64,000 bases of DNA, from positions 96,001-160,000 of the forward strand of contig CAWHAE010000014.1 of NCBI GenBank assembly GCA_963827235.1. Reading direction: 5' to 3'. How positions within the stretch are numbered: position 1 is the stretch's first letter; each line of letters opens with the position of its first letter. Shown piece after piece: positions 40,183-50,494 of this stretch. The position numbers were made by a program, and so were the translations under genes. Source of the stretch: an uncultured bacterium. Its GTDB lineage: Bacteria > Chloroflexota > UBA5177 > JANWHV01. The notes beneath the pieces were generated by a model that was given only the letters and a program-made list of their open reading frames with translations, was not told the origin of the DNA and did no database searches.

Positions 40183-41787
40183 ATGCATCGCGCAATTGAG
40201 CGGGTCCGTGGCTTCTACGATCTGGATCCGGCTTCCTACAACCGGTGTGAAGCCGTCCTCGGCTCGTTGAAGCAATCGTTCAGGCTGGCGGGCTATTCCC
40301 TGATCGACGCGCCCATCCTCGAGCACCTCGAACTCTATATGCGCAAGAACGGCCCGGAGGTGCTTTCGAAGATCTACGGCCTCGTCGATCAGGGTCGTCG
40401 CGAGCTGGCGCTGCGACCTGAGTTCACTGCCTCCGTCATTCGCGCCATGGCGTCGACGGTGGGCCGTTCTCCGGGTCCAATGCGCGTTGCCTATGCCGGA
40501 CCTGTGTTCCGCTACGAGAAACCCCAGCGGGCGACGACGCGCCAGTTCACCCAGGCCGGCGTCGAGCTGCTTGGCGAGCCCAGCCCCGCCGCCGACGCGG
40601 ATCTCTTGGCGCTGGCGTGCGACGCCGCCCACGCGGCGGGCGTGCCCGACGTGCATGTGGTTGTGGGCCATCTCGGCCCGTTGCGGGCCCTGTTGTCTCA
40701 TCTGAGCGTCGACGGCTACGCCGAAGGCTACCTGCTCGAGCACCTGGAGTACTTCAACCGCGGACCGGCTCAACAGCAGTTGGTGCGGAGGCAGCTCAGC
40801 CTCGATCTGCCGGATGACGGGCTCGGAGACGAAGTCGAACAGGGTGAGCTCGCCGACGCTCTCGGAGACCTTGCCCCGGAGGCAGCGCGCAGCGCCGTGG
40901 CCGGCCTGCTGCGCCAGATGGGCATCGACCTGGCAGGAAGCTCGCGCGCACCCGACGAGATCATCGACAGGGTACTGGACAAGGCGCAACGCCACGCGGC
41001 AGCGAGAAACGGCGCTCGACGGGAGCGCCTCGAGCGCGCGCTGGAGTTCTGCTCCGCCCTTGGAGCGCTGCGTGGGGAGCCGGACGCGGTCCTGCAGGAC
41101 GCAAGTCGGCTACTCAGGGAGTACGACGTGCCTGCCGGAGCTCTGGATGATCTGCGCGAGGTGGTGGACCTGTTCCGCGACCACGACCTTGGCGGCGTCC
41201 GCGTGACGCTGGCGCCGGGCATGGCACGCGGAATAGCCTATTACAGCGGCTTGATATTCGAAATGTATGCTCCCGCGTCCGGCGCGCTGTCGTCCGAGGA
41301 GATCGAGCTTCAGATCTGTGGTGGCGGCCGCTATGACGGCCTGGCACAGGCGATTACCTACGATCGCTCCTTTCCCGCCCTGGGCTTTGCCTTTGGCGTG
41401 GAGCGAGTTCTGCACTGCATTTCGCCGGAAGCCGTCGTGATCGAGGGTCCGCGCAAGGTCGCCCTCGTGCTGCAGCACCCCGGCCTGCGCCGCCCTGCAC
41501 TGCTTGCCGCCGCAGCGCTGCGAGGCGCCGGCTATGCAGCCGTCCTGTCGACGTGCGCTGCCCCGACCGGCAGGTGCCTCGATCGATTGCGGCGCGACGG
41601 CTACTCCGCGGCAGCGATCTTGAGCCGGCAGGACGAAGCGAGCGCCTCTGTCGCAGCCGAGATCACGGCCCTGGACCAGGACGAGGTGCAGTCTGACCTT
41701 CAGCGGCTGCACGAGCTGCTTGCCGACGCGTTGCAGTCGCCGGCCGCGCGACCTCTCATGACTACCAGAGAGGACGGTCGTCCGTGA
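40183..41787 (+). CDS. hisZ: HisRS paralog / ATP phosphoribosyltransferase regulatory subunit (HisZ-like)
   Basis: LRPEFT, FRYEKPQ..RQF, GGGRYD, degenerate RGIAYY. Overlaps hisG. Confidence 0.7.
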   Translation: MHRAIERVRGFYDLDPASYNRCEAVLGSLKQSFRLAGYSLIDAPILEHLELYMRKNGPEVLSKIYGLVDQGRRELALRPEFTASVIRAMASTVGRSPGPMRVAYAGPVFRYEKPQRATTRQFTQAGVELLGEPSPAADADLLALACDAAHAAGVPDVHVVVGHLGPLRALLSHLSVDGYAEGYLLEHLEYFNRGPAQQQLVRRQLSLDLPDDGLGDEVEQGELADALGDLAPEAARSAVAGLLRQMGIDLAGSSRAPDEIIDRVLDKAQRHAAARNGARRERLERALEFCSALGALRGEPDAVLQDASRLLREYDVPAGALDDLREVVDLFRDHDLGGVRVTLAPGMARGIAYYSGLIFEMYAPASGALSSEEIELQICGGGRYDGLAQAITYDRSFPALGFAFGVERVLHCISPEAVVIEGPRKVALVLQHPGLRRPALLAAAALRGAGYAAVLSTCAAPTGRCLDRLRRDGYSAAAILSRQDEASASVAAEITALDQDEVQSDLQRLHELLADALQSPAARPLMTTREDGRP

Positions 41788-42845
41788 ACGACGAACTGAG
41801 CGTCGCCGTGCCCAGCAAGGGGGCCATGGAAGAGCCAACCTTGCGGTTTCTCTCGGAGTGCGGCCTGGCCGTCCGCAGAGCGAATCCTCGACAGTACAGC
41901 GCACGGATCAGCGGCGGTGGGGACATGACAGCCGTGTTCCAGCGTGCCGCCGATATTCCGCAGAAGCTCGCCCTTGGCCTGGTAGATGCCGGAATCACCG
42001 GCTACGACATTTTTCGGGAACACACCGGCGAATCCGAAGACGTCGTGGTTGCCATCGAAGATCTGGGCTTTGCGCGTTGCACGTTAGTACTGGCCATTCC
42101 GGAGGCATGGTTGGACGTCTCCACGATGGAGGATCTCTGCGACGTGGCCTCCGAGTTCCGGCAGCGAGGAAGAAGGCTTCGGGTAGCTACCAAGTTCCCT
42201 CGTCTCGTGCGCAGCTTCTTGATGGAGAACGGGCTGTCGAGCCACGCGCTGGTCGAGGGTACCGGCGCACTCGAGATAGCGCCACAAATGGGCTATGCGG
42301 ACATCATCGCCGACATCAACGAGACCGGCACAACGCTGCGAGCAAACCACCTGAAGACCATCACCGGCGGCACCATACTGGCGTCCCAAGCATGCCTGCT
42401 GGTCAACCGGCACAGGCTGCTTCAGTCGGGTGCCCGCCTGGAGTTGGTGCGCGACCTGCTGGAGATGATCGAGGCACATCAGCGTGCCGGGGACGTGGTG
42501 TCGGTGACCGCAAACGTCGAGGCAGACAGCGCAGAGGAAGCCGGCCGCAAGGTGCTGAGCCGCCGGGCCTTGGCCGGGGTGCGCGGACCAACGGTTATGC
42601 CTGTATACGATCCGAACGCACCGGGGCACGTGTTCGCCGTGACGATCGTGATCCGGTGCGAGCTCCTCGGAGAGGTCCGCGATCATCTGCGGTCGTGCGG
42701 CGGGGGTGCGATCACCGTGCAGCGACCGCTCTACCTGTTCGGCGAGCGTTCCGCGGCCTTCGAGTCCTTGAAGGAACTGATCGGGGTAGATCGCGCGCAG
42801 GCGACTGTGAGCGAGGAGGTCGCGGTCAGGCCCGCCCAGCCGTGA
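41784..42845 (+). CDS. hisG: ATP phosphoribosyltransferase, long form
   Basis: AVPSKG, RAADIP, DLGFARC, ATKFP, ETGTTLRANHL, C-terminal GPTV regulatory domain. Confidence 0.93.
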   Translation: MNDELSVAVPSKGAMEEPTLRFLSECGLAVRRANPRQYSARISGGGDMTAVFQRAADIPQKLALGLVDAGITGYDIFREHTGESEDVVVAIEDLGFARCTLVLAIPEAWLDVSTMEDLCDVASEFRQRGRRLRVATKFPRLVRSFLMENGLSSHALVEGTGALEIAPQMGYADIIADINETGTTLRANHLKTITGGTILASQACLLVNRHRLLQSGARLELVRDLLEMIEAHQRAGDVVSVTANVEADSAEEAGRKVLSRRALAGVRGPTVMPVYDPNAPGHVFAVTIVIRCELLGEVRDHLRSCGGGAITVQRPLYLFGERSAAFESLKELIGVDRAQATVSEEVAVRPAQP

Positions 42846-44211
42846 CCCGATCCTCGTCGGCAATCTCGTCGGCAATCAGCGCGGCACGATTGAAGCCCAG
42901 CATCCGGCGGCCGCCCGGATGCTCCGGAGTGCGCAGCTTTCCGTCGTAGAGCCGTAACAGCAACTGCGAGAGCTTCTGTGCGTCGTGGCGCAGAGCATTG
43001 CTCGAATCGACCACGTCGTACTCGACGCGGACGATACGATCCTTGACGGAGGCCCAGTCGCCGGGATAGACGACCTGGCTCTTCCACACGGAGGGCTTCG
43101 CGGCACGATAGTTGCTGTTAGTGATCACGTAGTCGAAGAGTTGGCGTCCCACGTGCTTCTCGATGGCATTGACGAAGTCGATCGCGCAGTACGAATCGGT
43201 CTCGCCGGGCTCCGTGGCCACGTTGCAGACGAACACTTTGAGCGACGCCCGTGACTCGTCGATGGCCTGGGCGATCCCCGGCACCAGCAGATTAGGCATG
43301 ACGCTGGTGTACAGGCTCCCCGGACCCACGACCAGCACGTCGGCGGCCAGAATCGCCTCGACCGCCTCGGGGTTGGCTCCTGGACTATCAGGCACCAGGA
43401 AGACGTGGTCGATGGGCCTGCCGCCTTTGGCGAGCACCGACTCACCCTGGATCGTGCTCTGGTCGGTTAGCTCGGCCGCCAGCCTTACATCTGCCAGCGT
43501 CGAAGGCAGTATCCGACCCTGAACCGCCAGCACGCGGCTGGAAGCGGCAAGCGCCTCCTCGAAGCTGCCCGTGATATCGGCCATGGCGGCGATGAAGAGA
43601 TTGCCGAAGCTGTGACCCTCCAGACCCGAGCCCTGCTTGAACCGATAGTCAAGCAACTGCTTCATCAGATCCTCGACGTCTGCGAGAGCGGCTATGCATT
43701 GCCGGAAGTCGCCCGGAGGCAAGATACGCAGCTCACGCCGAAGGCGTCCCGAACTGCCGCCATCGTCGGCCACCGTCACGATGACGCTCAGATTGCGGGA
43801 GTACGTACGCAGCCCGTGCAGAAGCAGCGACATTCCCGTGCCGCCGCCGATGGCCACGATGCGCGGCCCGCGCACAAGAAGCCGGTGCTGAGCCACGGCG
43901 TCGATCACGGTATGCGGAGCACTCGCCAGGTCTCCGGGCCGAGAGATGACCGCGACGATCACACTGTTTAGGTGCCGCAAAGCCAGCACGATCATGCTCG
44001 CGCTTACGGCCAAGAACATACCGCCGCGCACGGCGCGCGGTATCGACTGCAGTGTGAGGTTTCCTACCCACTCTGGAAAGCGGAAGTTGACGTGATACAG
44101 CGCCGAGAGGAAGTAGTCGATGCCAAGGACAAGGAGGAGAAGTCCGGCGAAGAGAACAAGCAGCCACCGCTTGATTGTGCTACCTGGAGCCAGCCAGGCC
44201 GGAATACTCAA
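42826..44211 (-). CDS. yvcK: YvcK/GlmR family protein with N-terminal TM segments
   Basis: IGGGTG, DDGGSSG, PPGD, GHSFGN, GPGSLYTS, RHD. Confidence 0.92.
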   Translation of the reverse strand: MSIPAWLAPGSTIKRWLLVLFAGLLLLVLGIDYFLSALYHVNFRFPEWVGNLTLQSIPRAVRGGMFLAVSASMIVLALRHLNSVIVAVISRPGDLASAPHTVIDAVAQHRLLVRGPRIVAIGGGTGMSLLLHGLRTYSRNLSVIVTVADDGGSSGRLRRELRILPPGDFRQCIAALADVEDLMKQLLDYRFKQGSGLEGHSFGNLFIAAMADITGSFEEALAASSRVLAVQGRILPSTLADVRLAAELTDQSTIQGESVLAKGGRPIDHVFLVPDSPGANPEAVEAILAADVLVVGPGSLYTSVMPNLLVPGIAQAIDESRASLKVFVCNVATEPGETDSYCAIDFVNAIEKHVGRQLFDYVITNSNYRAAKPSVWKSQVVYPGDWASVKDRIVRVEYDVVDSSNALRHDAQKLSQLLLRLYDGKLRTPEHPGGRRMLGFNRAALIADEIADEDRVTAGRA

Positions 44212-44445
44212 CGACCAGCTCCTTTATGCGATGGTAGCGATGAGGTCGTTTCCTTTACTTCATCCATCAGTGATCACTCTAGCAGCGTGCTCCGCCGATG
44301 TCAAACCATACATAGTGGCCGCCAGCGCCGCCGCGACGGCTCTGTCACTTGCCCATGATATACTCAGGATAATGAGCAAGGCACCTATTTGTGGACGCCG
44401 CGGCGCCCGCAATGTCGTCGCTTCGACGCCTGGAGGCACTGCAAC

Positions 44446-44964
44446 GTGGCAATCCGAACTATTCTGACCGCGGACAAGCCCGCGCTTCGTATCAAAGCCA
44501 AGCCGGTCGTTCGAGTGGACGCGACGGTCCGTAAGCTGCTGGCAGACATGGCCGACACGATGTATGCAGCATCCGGTGCCGGGCTGGCTGCCCCGCAAAT
44601 TGGTATCTCCTTGCGGGTGATCGTGCTGTGGCATGAGGACGATGAGTTCAGGCTGGTCAATCCAGAGATCACCTGGGCTTCGCCCGAGATGGAAGTCGAC
44701 GAAGAAGGCTGCCTTAGCATTCCCGGCTACCATGGCAACGTGCCGCGTCACGCGGCGATCAAGGTTCGCGCAAAGGACGAGAAGGGTCACAGCGCCCAGA
44801 TCCGCGCCGAGGGCAGGCTGGCGCGGATATTCCAACATGAGATCGACCATCTGGACGGTATCCTGTTCCCTGAGCGCATGACGCCAGGCGAGCGCCTCTG
44901 GCGCGTCGATGAGGCGGGAGAGCCCGAAGAGCCGCTTGCACGCACCGGCACAGGGGCGAGATAG
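44446..44964 (+). CDS. def: Peptide deformylase
   Basis: GAGLAAPQIG, EGCLS, QHEIDHLDG. GGAGG RBS before GTG. Confidence 0.96.
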   Translation: MAIRTILTADKPALRIKAKPVVRVDATVRKLLADMADTMYAASGAGLAAPQIGISLRVIVLWHEDDEFRLVNPEITWASPEMEVDEEGCLSIPGYHGNVPRHAAIKVRAKDEKGHSAQIRAEGRLARIFQHEIDHLDGILFPERMTPGERLWRVDEAGEPEEPLARTGTGAR

Positions 44965-44981
44965 ACCGTCCGGGCCGGCAC

Positions 44982-45665
44982 TCAGGTATCGAGACCGAGC
45001 GTCTCCCGAAGCTCTGCAGCGCCACGCTGCTCGGGATCGAACAGCAGTCTCTCCAGCAGGCCGCCATCTGCCACCAACTTCCAGCGCCGGCCCCTCTCGG
45101 CGGCATCGGTCACTCGCAGCTTGAGATCGCGTCTGGCCGTCGCGATTATGTCGAGACTCTCTTCCAGCGTGGCAGGAATCACCGACTCCACACGAGCGCG
45201 CAAGGCAGCCGAAACGAGTGGGCTGGCGCCACCAGACTGGATGGCGACAATCAGCGGTCCTCGGGTGGTGACGGCCATGAACGAACAGTTCCCAAGGCGG
45301 GGATCGTGGGCAACGGCGATCAGGCCCCCGCGGTCGAGCACTTCGACGGCCACCTGGCGGTCGACGTCGGCGCGGCTCGTTGCCGCCACAGTCAAGAAGG
45401 CACCGGCCGTGTCTCCGGCGACAAAGTCTCGCCGCTGCAGCCGTGCTTCGCCTCTGTCGATGGCTCGCTGCACAGCCGGGTGCACGTCGGGGGCCACGAC
45501 GTCCACTTGAGCGCCAAGCCGCACGAGCTGGGGTAGTCGTCGCGCGGCCACCCGACCGCCGCCGACCAGCAGGCATCGCTTTCCGGCGAGGTCTATCATC
45601 AGCGGAAGTCCGGCCGGAGTCTCCGCGTGCCGGTCCCCTTCGCGATTAGCGGTACCGTCGTCCAC
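44982..45665 (-). CDS. Precorrin-2 dehydrogenase / sirohydrochlorin ferrochelatase (CysG N-terminal/SirC-like)
   Basis: LVGGGRVAARR, VAAT, AIQSGGASP. Confidence 0.88.
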   Translation of the reverse strand: MDDGTANREGDRHAETPAGLPLMIDLAGKRCLLVGGGRVAARRLPQLVRLGAQVDVVAPDVHPAVQRAIDRGEARLQRRDFVAGDTAGAFLTVAATSRADVDRQVAVEVLDRGGLIAVAHDPRLGNCSFMAVTTRGPLIVAIQSGGASPLVSAALRARVESVIPATLEESLDIIATARRDLKLRVTDAAERGRRWKLVADGGLLERLLFDPEQRGAAELRETLGLDT

Positions 45666-46782
45666 TCACACCTGCAGCACTCGCCTGTAGGCCACCATGG
45701 TTCGTTCGGCCACGGCCTGTTGGGTAAACAGACTCAGCGCTCGCTCTCGTCCCAGTCTACTGAGCTCTCGACGTCTTGCCGGATCCATCTGAAGGTATCT
45801 CAGGGCCTCGCGAAGGGCTGCTACGTCTCCTTCGCGGACGACGATACCGGCGTTCCCAATCACCTGGGGGATCTCGCCGGAATCGGAGCCAATCACCGGC
45901 ACACCGCAAGCCATCGCTTCCACCAGCATGCGTCCGAACTGTTCCTTCCAGCGGGCCGTCGTGAGGCTGGGGCCAGCGAGCGCGTCGAACCCCCGCATGA
46001 CAGCGGGCATCTCGGTCGAGCCGACCTGGCCGACGAACTCCACCCGATCCTCGATTTGTAGGGCGCGTGCCTGCTGTAGAAATGCGTCACGGTCCGGTCC
46101 GCTGCCCACGATGCGCAGCCGCCAGCTCTGAGAGGCGAGTCCCGAGGCGGCCTCCATCAGGACGCCGAGGCCCTTGGCCCGGATCAGCCTTCCCACGAAT
46201 CCGATGGTGAACGGCTCTCCTCCGCCGCGAGCACCATCATGCTCGGCCGGGCAGAACGAGATCCGGATCGATGCCAAACTGCGGAATCACCTCGATTGGT
46301 CCGGCAAAGCCTTTGGAGCGAACGATTGTCTCCGCGTCCCGGTTCCCGGCGATGCCGAGATCGGCCTTCCTGAAGACCTCTGCCTCCATCCATCTGAAAG
46401 GAGGCGGATAGCTACGAGCGATGTTCTGCCAGTTGAAGAAGGTGAACTTGACACCGCGTCGTATTGCCGCCCGCATGGCTAGCCAGGTCGACAGGTTGTA
46501 AGCCTCCTCGTCGAAGTGCAGAAGATCGGGCTTGACCCTATCCAGGAGAGTGCCGAGGCCAGGATAGTAGTGCAGGTGGTAGTGGCCGTTCAGCCGCATG
46601 GGAAGCACGTTCAGAGAATATCCTTTGGTGAACGCGCGCTCGAGCGTCCAGTCGTGGCCTTTCTCCCGCCAGACCGGCGGCACCGCAACGTGCAGCTCTA
46701 CGCCGGGCTGCACGGCAAGCTCCTCGAGCTTTCGCTGGGCCATGCCTACTACGAGCGCCTTCGACACCATCAGCACGCGCAC
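45666..46782 (-). pseudogene. GT4 glycosyltransferase, frameshifted near 46255
   Basis: N-half MRVLMVSKA..PQFGIDP; C-half GFVGRL..KG, EQFGRMLVEAMACG. The halves join by a 1-nt shift. Confidence 0.85.
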
Positions 46783-47996
46783 TGCACCGCTCCTCGAACA
46801 ATTGCCGCCACCCTGGCGCCGGTAGAAGTCCACTTGAAACGCGCCGCCCGGTCGATACCCTGCGCCGACAAGGAGGCGCACAGCTCGTCGTCGACCGCCG
46901 CGCGCTGCAGAGCGGTAGCCCAGGCATGTGCATCGTCGGGCGGGACGAGGATGCCCGCCTGCCCAACTGCTTCGGGCAGACTGGTGGCATCCGAGCAGAT
47001 CACCGGCGTTCCACAGGCCATCGCTTCGAGAGGCGGCAATCCGAATCCCTCGGCGCGCGACGGGAACACAAACGCCCGGGCGCCGCGATACATCTCGGGC
47101 AGGTCCTCCTCGGCAATTCGCTCCACGAACCGCACGCGCAGGCCGAGACCAAGACGTCGCGCCTGGGCACGCCAGTCGGGAAACAATTCTTCCTGGCCGG
47201 CCTTCGGAAGGCCCGCCGCCACGACCAAAGGCGGCACTCCGGCGCCTTCTCCCAGCCCGGCCAGGGCGTCCAGGAGCACGCCGATGTTCTTCCGAGCATC
47301 CGCTCCGCCCACGTACAGCAGGTAGCGCTCCGGCAAGCCGTACCGTTCTCGGGCCCGAGCCGCCGCCGCCGCGTCGAGTCGCGGGTCAAACGCGGCTTCC
47401 ACGCCCGGTTCTACCACGTGCACTCGCTCCTCGGTCAGTCGCAAACGCCGCACAATCTCGCCCTTCGCGTAGTGCGAGAGCGTGATCGCTGCCACAGACC
47501 GGCGGGCGGCCAGCCCCACCAAGCGGAAATACCATCTGGCCGGGAACGATGCGGCATAAGCGGAGTCGCCGAGCGGTATGACGTCATGAATGCTGATCAC
47601 GGTTGGGCAGGCACAAAGCACCGGCGCGCTGAAGTGCGGTGAGTACAGCACCTGTGCATGCAGCCGCAGCGCCGCAGCCGGCAGAGCCACCTGTTCCCAG
47701 TAGAGCTTGCGCTCGTACGAGTGCGGGCGCAGTCTTGGCATGGGCGCGTCAACCATCCGCAGCCTCGTGTCCGCCACACACGGCGCCCGCCCTTGCGAAA
47801 CGGTCAGTCGATTGTCCATAACCACTGACAAGTTGAGATCGCCCTCCTGGGCCAGGTGTGCCAGAACATGTCGTGCGTAGCGACCGGTACCTGTATTCGG
47901 GTACTCCAGAAATAGCCCGCCGGCCGCAACGCGCAGGGAGCCGGACGGGAGCGGCGGGGTTGCGCTCATCGACGCGGCTCGCCCAGGTGCGCTCAT
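46770..47996 (-). CDS. GT4 glycosyltransferase
   Basis: GTGRYA, DARKN, EGFGLPPLEAMACG. Confidence 0.92.
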   Translation of the reverse strand: MSAPGRAASMSATPPLPSGSLRVAAGGLFLEYPNTGTGRYARHVLAHLAQEGDLNLSVVMDNRLTVSQGRAPCVADTRLRMVDAPMPRLRPHSYERKLYWEQVALPAAALRLHAQVLYSPHFSAPVLCACPTVISIHDVIPLGDSAYAASFPARWYFRLVGLAARRSVAAITLSHYAKGEIVRRLRLTEERVHVVEPGVEAAFDPRLDAAAAARARERYGLPERYLLYVGGADARKNIGVLLDALAGLGEGAGVPPLVVAAGLPKAGQEELFPDWRAQARRLGLGLRVRFVERIAEEDLPEMYRGARAFVFPSRAEGFGLPPLEAMACGTPVICSDATSLPEAVGQAGILVPPDDAHAWATALQRAAVDDELCASLSAQGIDRAARFKWTSTGARVAAIVRGAVQCAC

Positions 47997-49180
47997 GCCG
48001 CCACTCTTCTGAAGAGATCAAGGGCAGCTTGTCCGGCGCGGGCCCAAGTGTACTGGCCGGCGCGGACGAATCCTCGCTCCCGCAGCAGACCGCTGCAGGA
48101 CGCATCGGTGAGCAGGCGCTCGATTGCTCGTGACATCGACTCCACGTCCAGGGGATCAAAATAGAGCGCGGCGTCCTCGAGTACCTCGGGCAGGGCGCCT
48201 CCAGTGGACGATGCGACGGGTACGCCGCAGGCCATGGCCTCGAGAGGAGGTATCCCGAATCCTTCATAGAGTGATGGACAGACGTAGCCGCCCGCGTGCC
48301 GGTAGAGCGCCAGCAGATCCGGATCCGCAGCGTTGGCGAAGAAGCGCACGGACTGCTCGAGACCCAGGCGGGCGACCTCTCTGAAGATGGGTTCGAACTG
48401 CCAGCCCTCCCGACCCGCGATCACGAGCTGCAGGTCGTGCGGCATGCGTGCGCCTTCGCGGGGCACGTCCGGTCCGGCACTCCATCCCGAGCGCAGAAGA
48501 CGCTTCTTCAAGGCGGAGAAAGCCTGCAGGAGCCTCAGATAGTTCTTGCGCGGCTCCAGCGTGCCCACCGACAACAGGTACCCACGCTGCAGACCGTAGG
48601 GCGGCGGAGCCGGCTCGGCTCCGCCCGCTGCCGGCAGCGGGCGGAACGCGGCGTCGACGCCGTTGGGCACCACCGCGATCCGGCCGGAATCGACGCCGAG
48701 CAGCGTTTGCAAGGCGTGTGCGGTCGTCCGCGAAACGGCCACCACGGCAGCAGCCTGCCGGATGGAGCGTGGCACTTCGTCGACGAGGTACCTGCGCAGG
48801 CCGGCGTCTGCGCATTCCGGGTGCACGAGAAACGAGAGGTCGTGCACGGTGAGAATCGACGGCGTACGCCCGGGTCGTGGCAAAGCGAAATCCGGTGTGA
48901 AGAAGACGCTTGCTCCCGGTATGGCCGAGGCGGGCGATGGCAGGATGCGCAGCCGGTGCCAGCCGATGCGAGCCAGTCTCTCGGAAAGTGGGAGCCGAAG
49001 CCAGAGATGATGGACCGGCACCTCGACATCGTCCCTGCTCAGCCGTGCTCGCCCAACCGTCACCAGAGTATACGAGTTCAGGTCGTCGATCCCGGCAAGA
49101 CCCCGCAAGAGACCGCGTGCGAAGCGCCCAATCCCAGCGCGCTGGCGCACGGCGGCGGTCCCGTCGAACACAATCCGCAT
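47993..49180 (-). CDS. GT4 glycosyltransferase
   Basis: GIGRFA, GTLEPRKN, EGFGIPPLEAMACG. Confidence 0.92.
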   Translation of the reverse strand: MRIVFDGTAAVRQRAGIGRFARGLLRGLAGIDDLNSYTLVTVGRARLSRDDVEVPVHHLWLRLPLSERLARIGWHRLRILPSPASAIPGASVFFTPDFALPRPGRTPSILTVHDLSFLVHPECADAGLRRYLVDEVPRSIRQAAAVVAVSRTTAHALQTLLGVDSGRIAVVPNGVDAAFRPLPAAGGAEPAPPPYGLQRGYLLSVGTLEPRKNYLRLLQAFSALKKRLLRSGWSAGPDVPREGARMPHDLQLVIAGREGWQFEPIFREVARLGLEQSVRFFANAADPDLLALYRHAGGYVCPSLYEGFGIPPLEAMACGVPVASSTGGALPEVLEDAALYFDPLDVESMSRAIERLLTDASCSGLLRERGFVRAGQYTWARAGQAALDLFRRVAA

Positions 49181-50439
49181 CAGCGTGCCGACCCGCCCCG
49201 GTTCGAGCGGACCGCCGGCGCTATGCCCGGAGACTTCACGGGCTCGCCGCCGAGGTTGGGCAGAGCGCTCTTGGTCTTCGGGCTCACCAGATAGAGCACG
49301 AATCCGATGACCACTATGCTGAGATAGCTGATGATGCGGTCGAGCAGGGCCAGTGCCGCGGCCTGACCGCCGGTGGCACCGTGCTTCAGCACCTTGAATG
49401 CGGCGATCAGGAACGTATCCACGACGCCGGCACCGCCCGGCGTGAGAGGCAACGTAGTCAGCACGGACGATCCGAGAGCGAGGAATATCGCCGCGCTAGG
49501 TCCAACCTCGCCCTGCTTGACCATGCCCAAGGCGGCAAGCACCAGAAAGAGACGACCGCCCTCGCAAATCCAGATGACGATGGACAGCCCAACCAGCAGC
49601 GGCACATCCTTGCTGTAGCTGCGCACGGCGCCCTCGCGAAAGGCAATGAAGATGCTGTGGATACGCCTCGGCAACATCCGGCGCAGGCCTTCACCCAGAC
49701 GCCAGATGCCCACGATCACGGCGACAGCGACCATCCCGAGGCCAAAGGCGCTGATCAGGACGAATCGAAGCGTGCTGTCGTCGAGCAGCCGGTTGTGGAA
49801 GGTCAGGATCGCAGCGGTGAGCAGCAATGGAAAGAGCACGATGAGGTCGAGAATGCGCTCGGCCACGATGGTGCCCACTGTTCTGGATGCCGACAGCCCG
49901 ACGGTCTTCTTCACCAGGTAGGCACGATAGACGTCTCCCAGCTTGGCCGGAATGACGCAATTCGCGAACCACGATAGGTAGAGAATCTCGAGCAGGTCTT
50001 TGAGCGGCGCCGCCTTCACCATCTCCAGGTCGTCGCCCACGTTCGCGTTGATCATGAGCCGTTTCCAGCGCACGGTCCGGAGTGGGAACGAGGCGTAGTA
50101 GACCACGAAGGCGGCGAGAAAGAGAAGCGGATTCACTTTGTGCAGCGCCGCGCCCAGGTCGTCGCGGTTGATGTGCAGCTTGTACAGGGCCAGGGCAAGT
50201 ATCGCCACCGCGATAAGGAACGAGACGAGGGTACGCCAGTTCGTGAAGCGGCGGCCCAGGTCGACTGGCGAAGCAATCTCATCCTCGACCTTGCCGGCGT
50301 CCTCGCCACCCTCGACCGAGCCGGCGTCAGCAAGCAGCTCGTGGTCGCCGCCCGGCTCGCCGGCCGAAGGCACATCCGGCGGAATAGCGACGCCCGGCGG
50401 AGGCAGCCCGCTCGAAGCCAAGTCGTGCTCGTCGCGCAT
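49180..50439 (-). CDS. LPG-synthase TM-like / UPF0104 putative flippase
   Basis: RTVRW, PAKLGDVYR, ERILD, PLTPGGAG, DRIISY. Confidence 0.85.
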   Translation of the reverse strand: MRDEHDLASSGLPPPGVAIPPDVPSAGEPGGDHELLADAGSVEGGEDAGKVEDEIASPVDLGRRFTNWRTLVSFLIAVAILALALYKLHINRDDLGAALHKVNPLLFLAAFVVYYASFPLRTVRWKRLMINANVGDDLEMVKAAPLKDLLEILYLSWFANCVIPAKLGDVYRAYLVKKTVGLSASRTVGTIVAERILDLIVLFPLLLTAAILTFHNRLLDDSTLRFVLISAFGLGMVAVAVIVGIWRLGEGLRRMLPRRIHSIFIAFREGAVRSYSKDVPLLVGLSIVIWICEGGRLFLVLAALGMVKQGEVGPSAAIFLALGSSVLTTLPLTPGGAGVVDTFLIAAFKVLKHGATGGQAAALALLDRIISYLSIVVIGFVLYLVSPKTKSALPNLGGEPVKSPGIAPAVRSNRGGSAR

Positions 50440-50494
50440 AGTGTCTTCCCTCAATCCCTGCAGTGGCGGGGCCGGTCAGGCCGGGACGCTGCGA

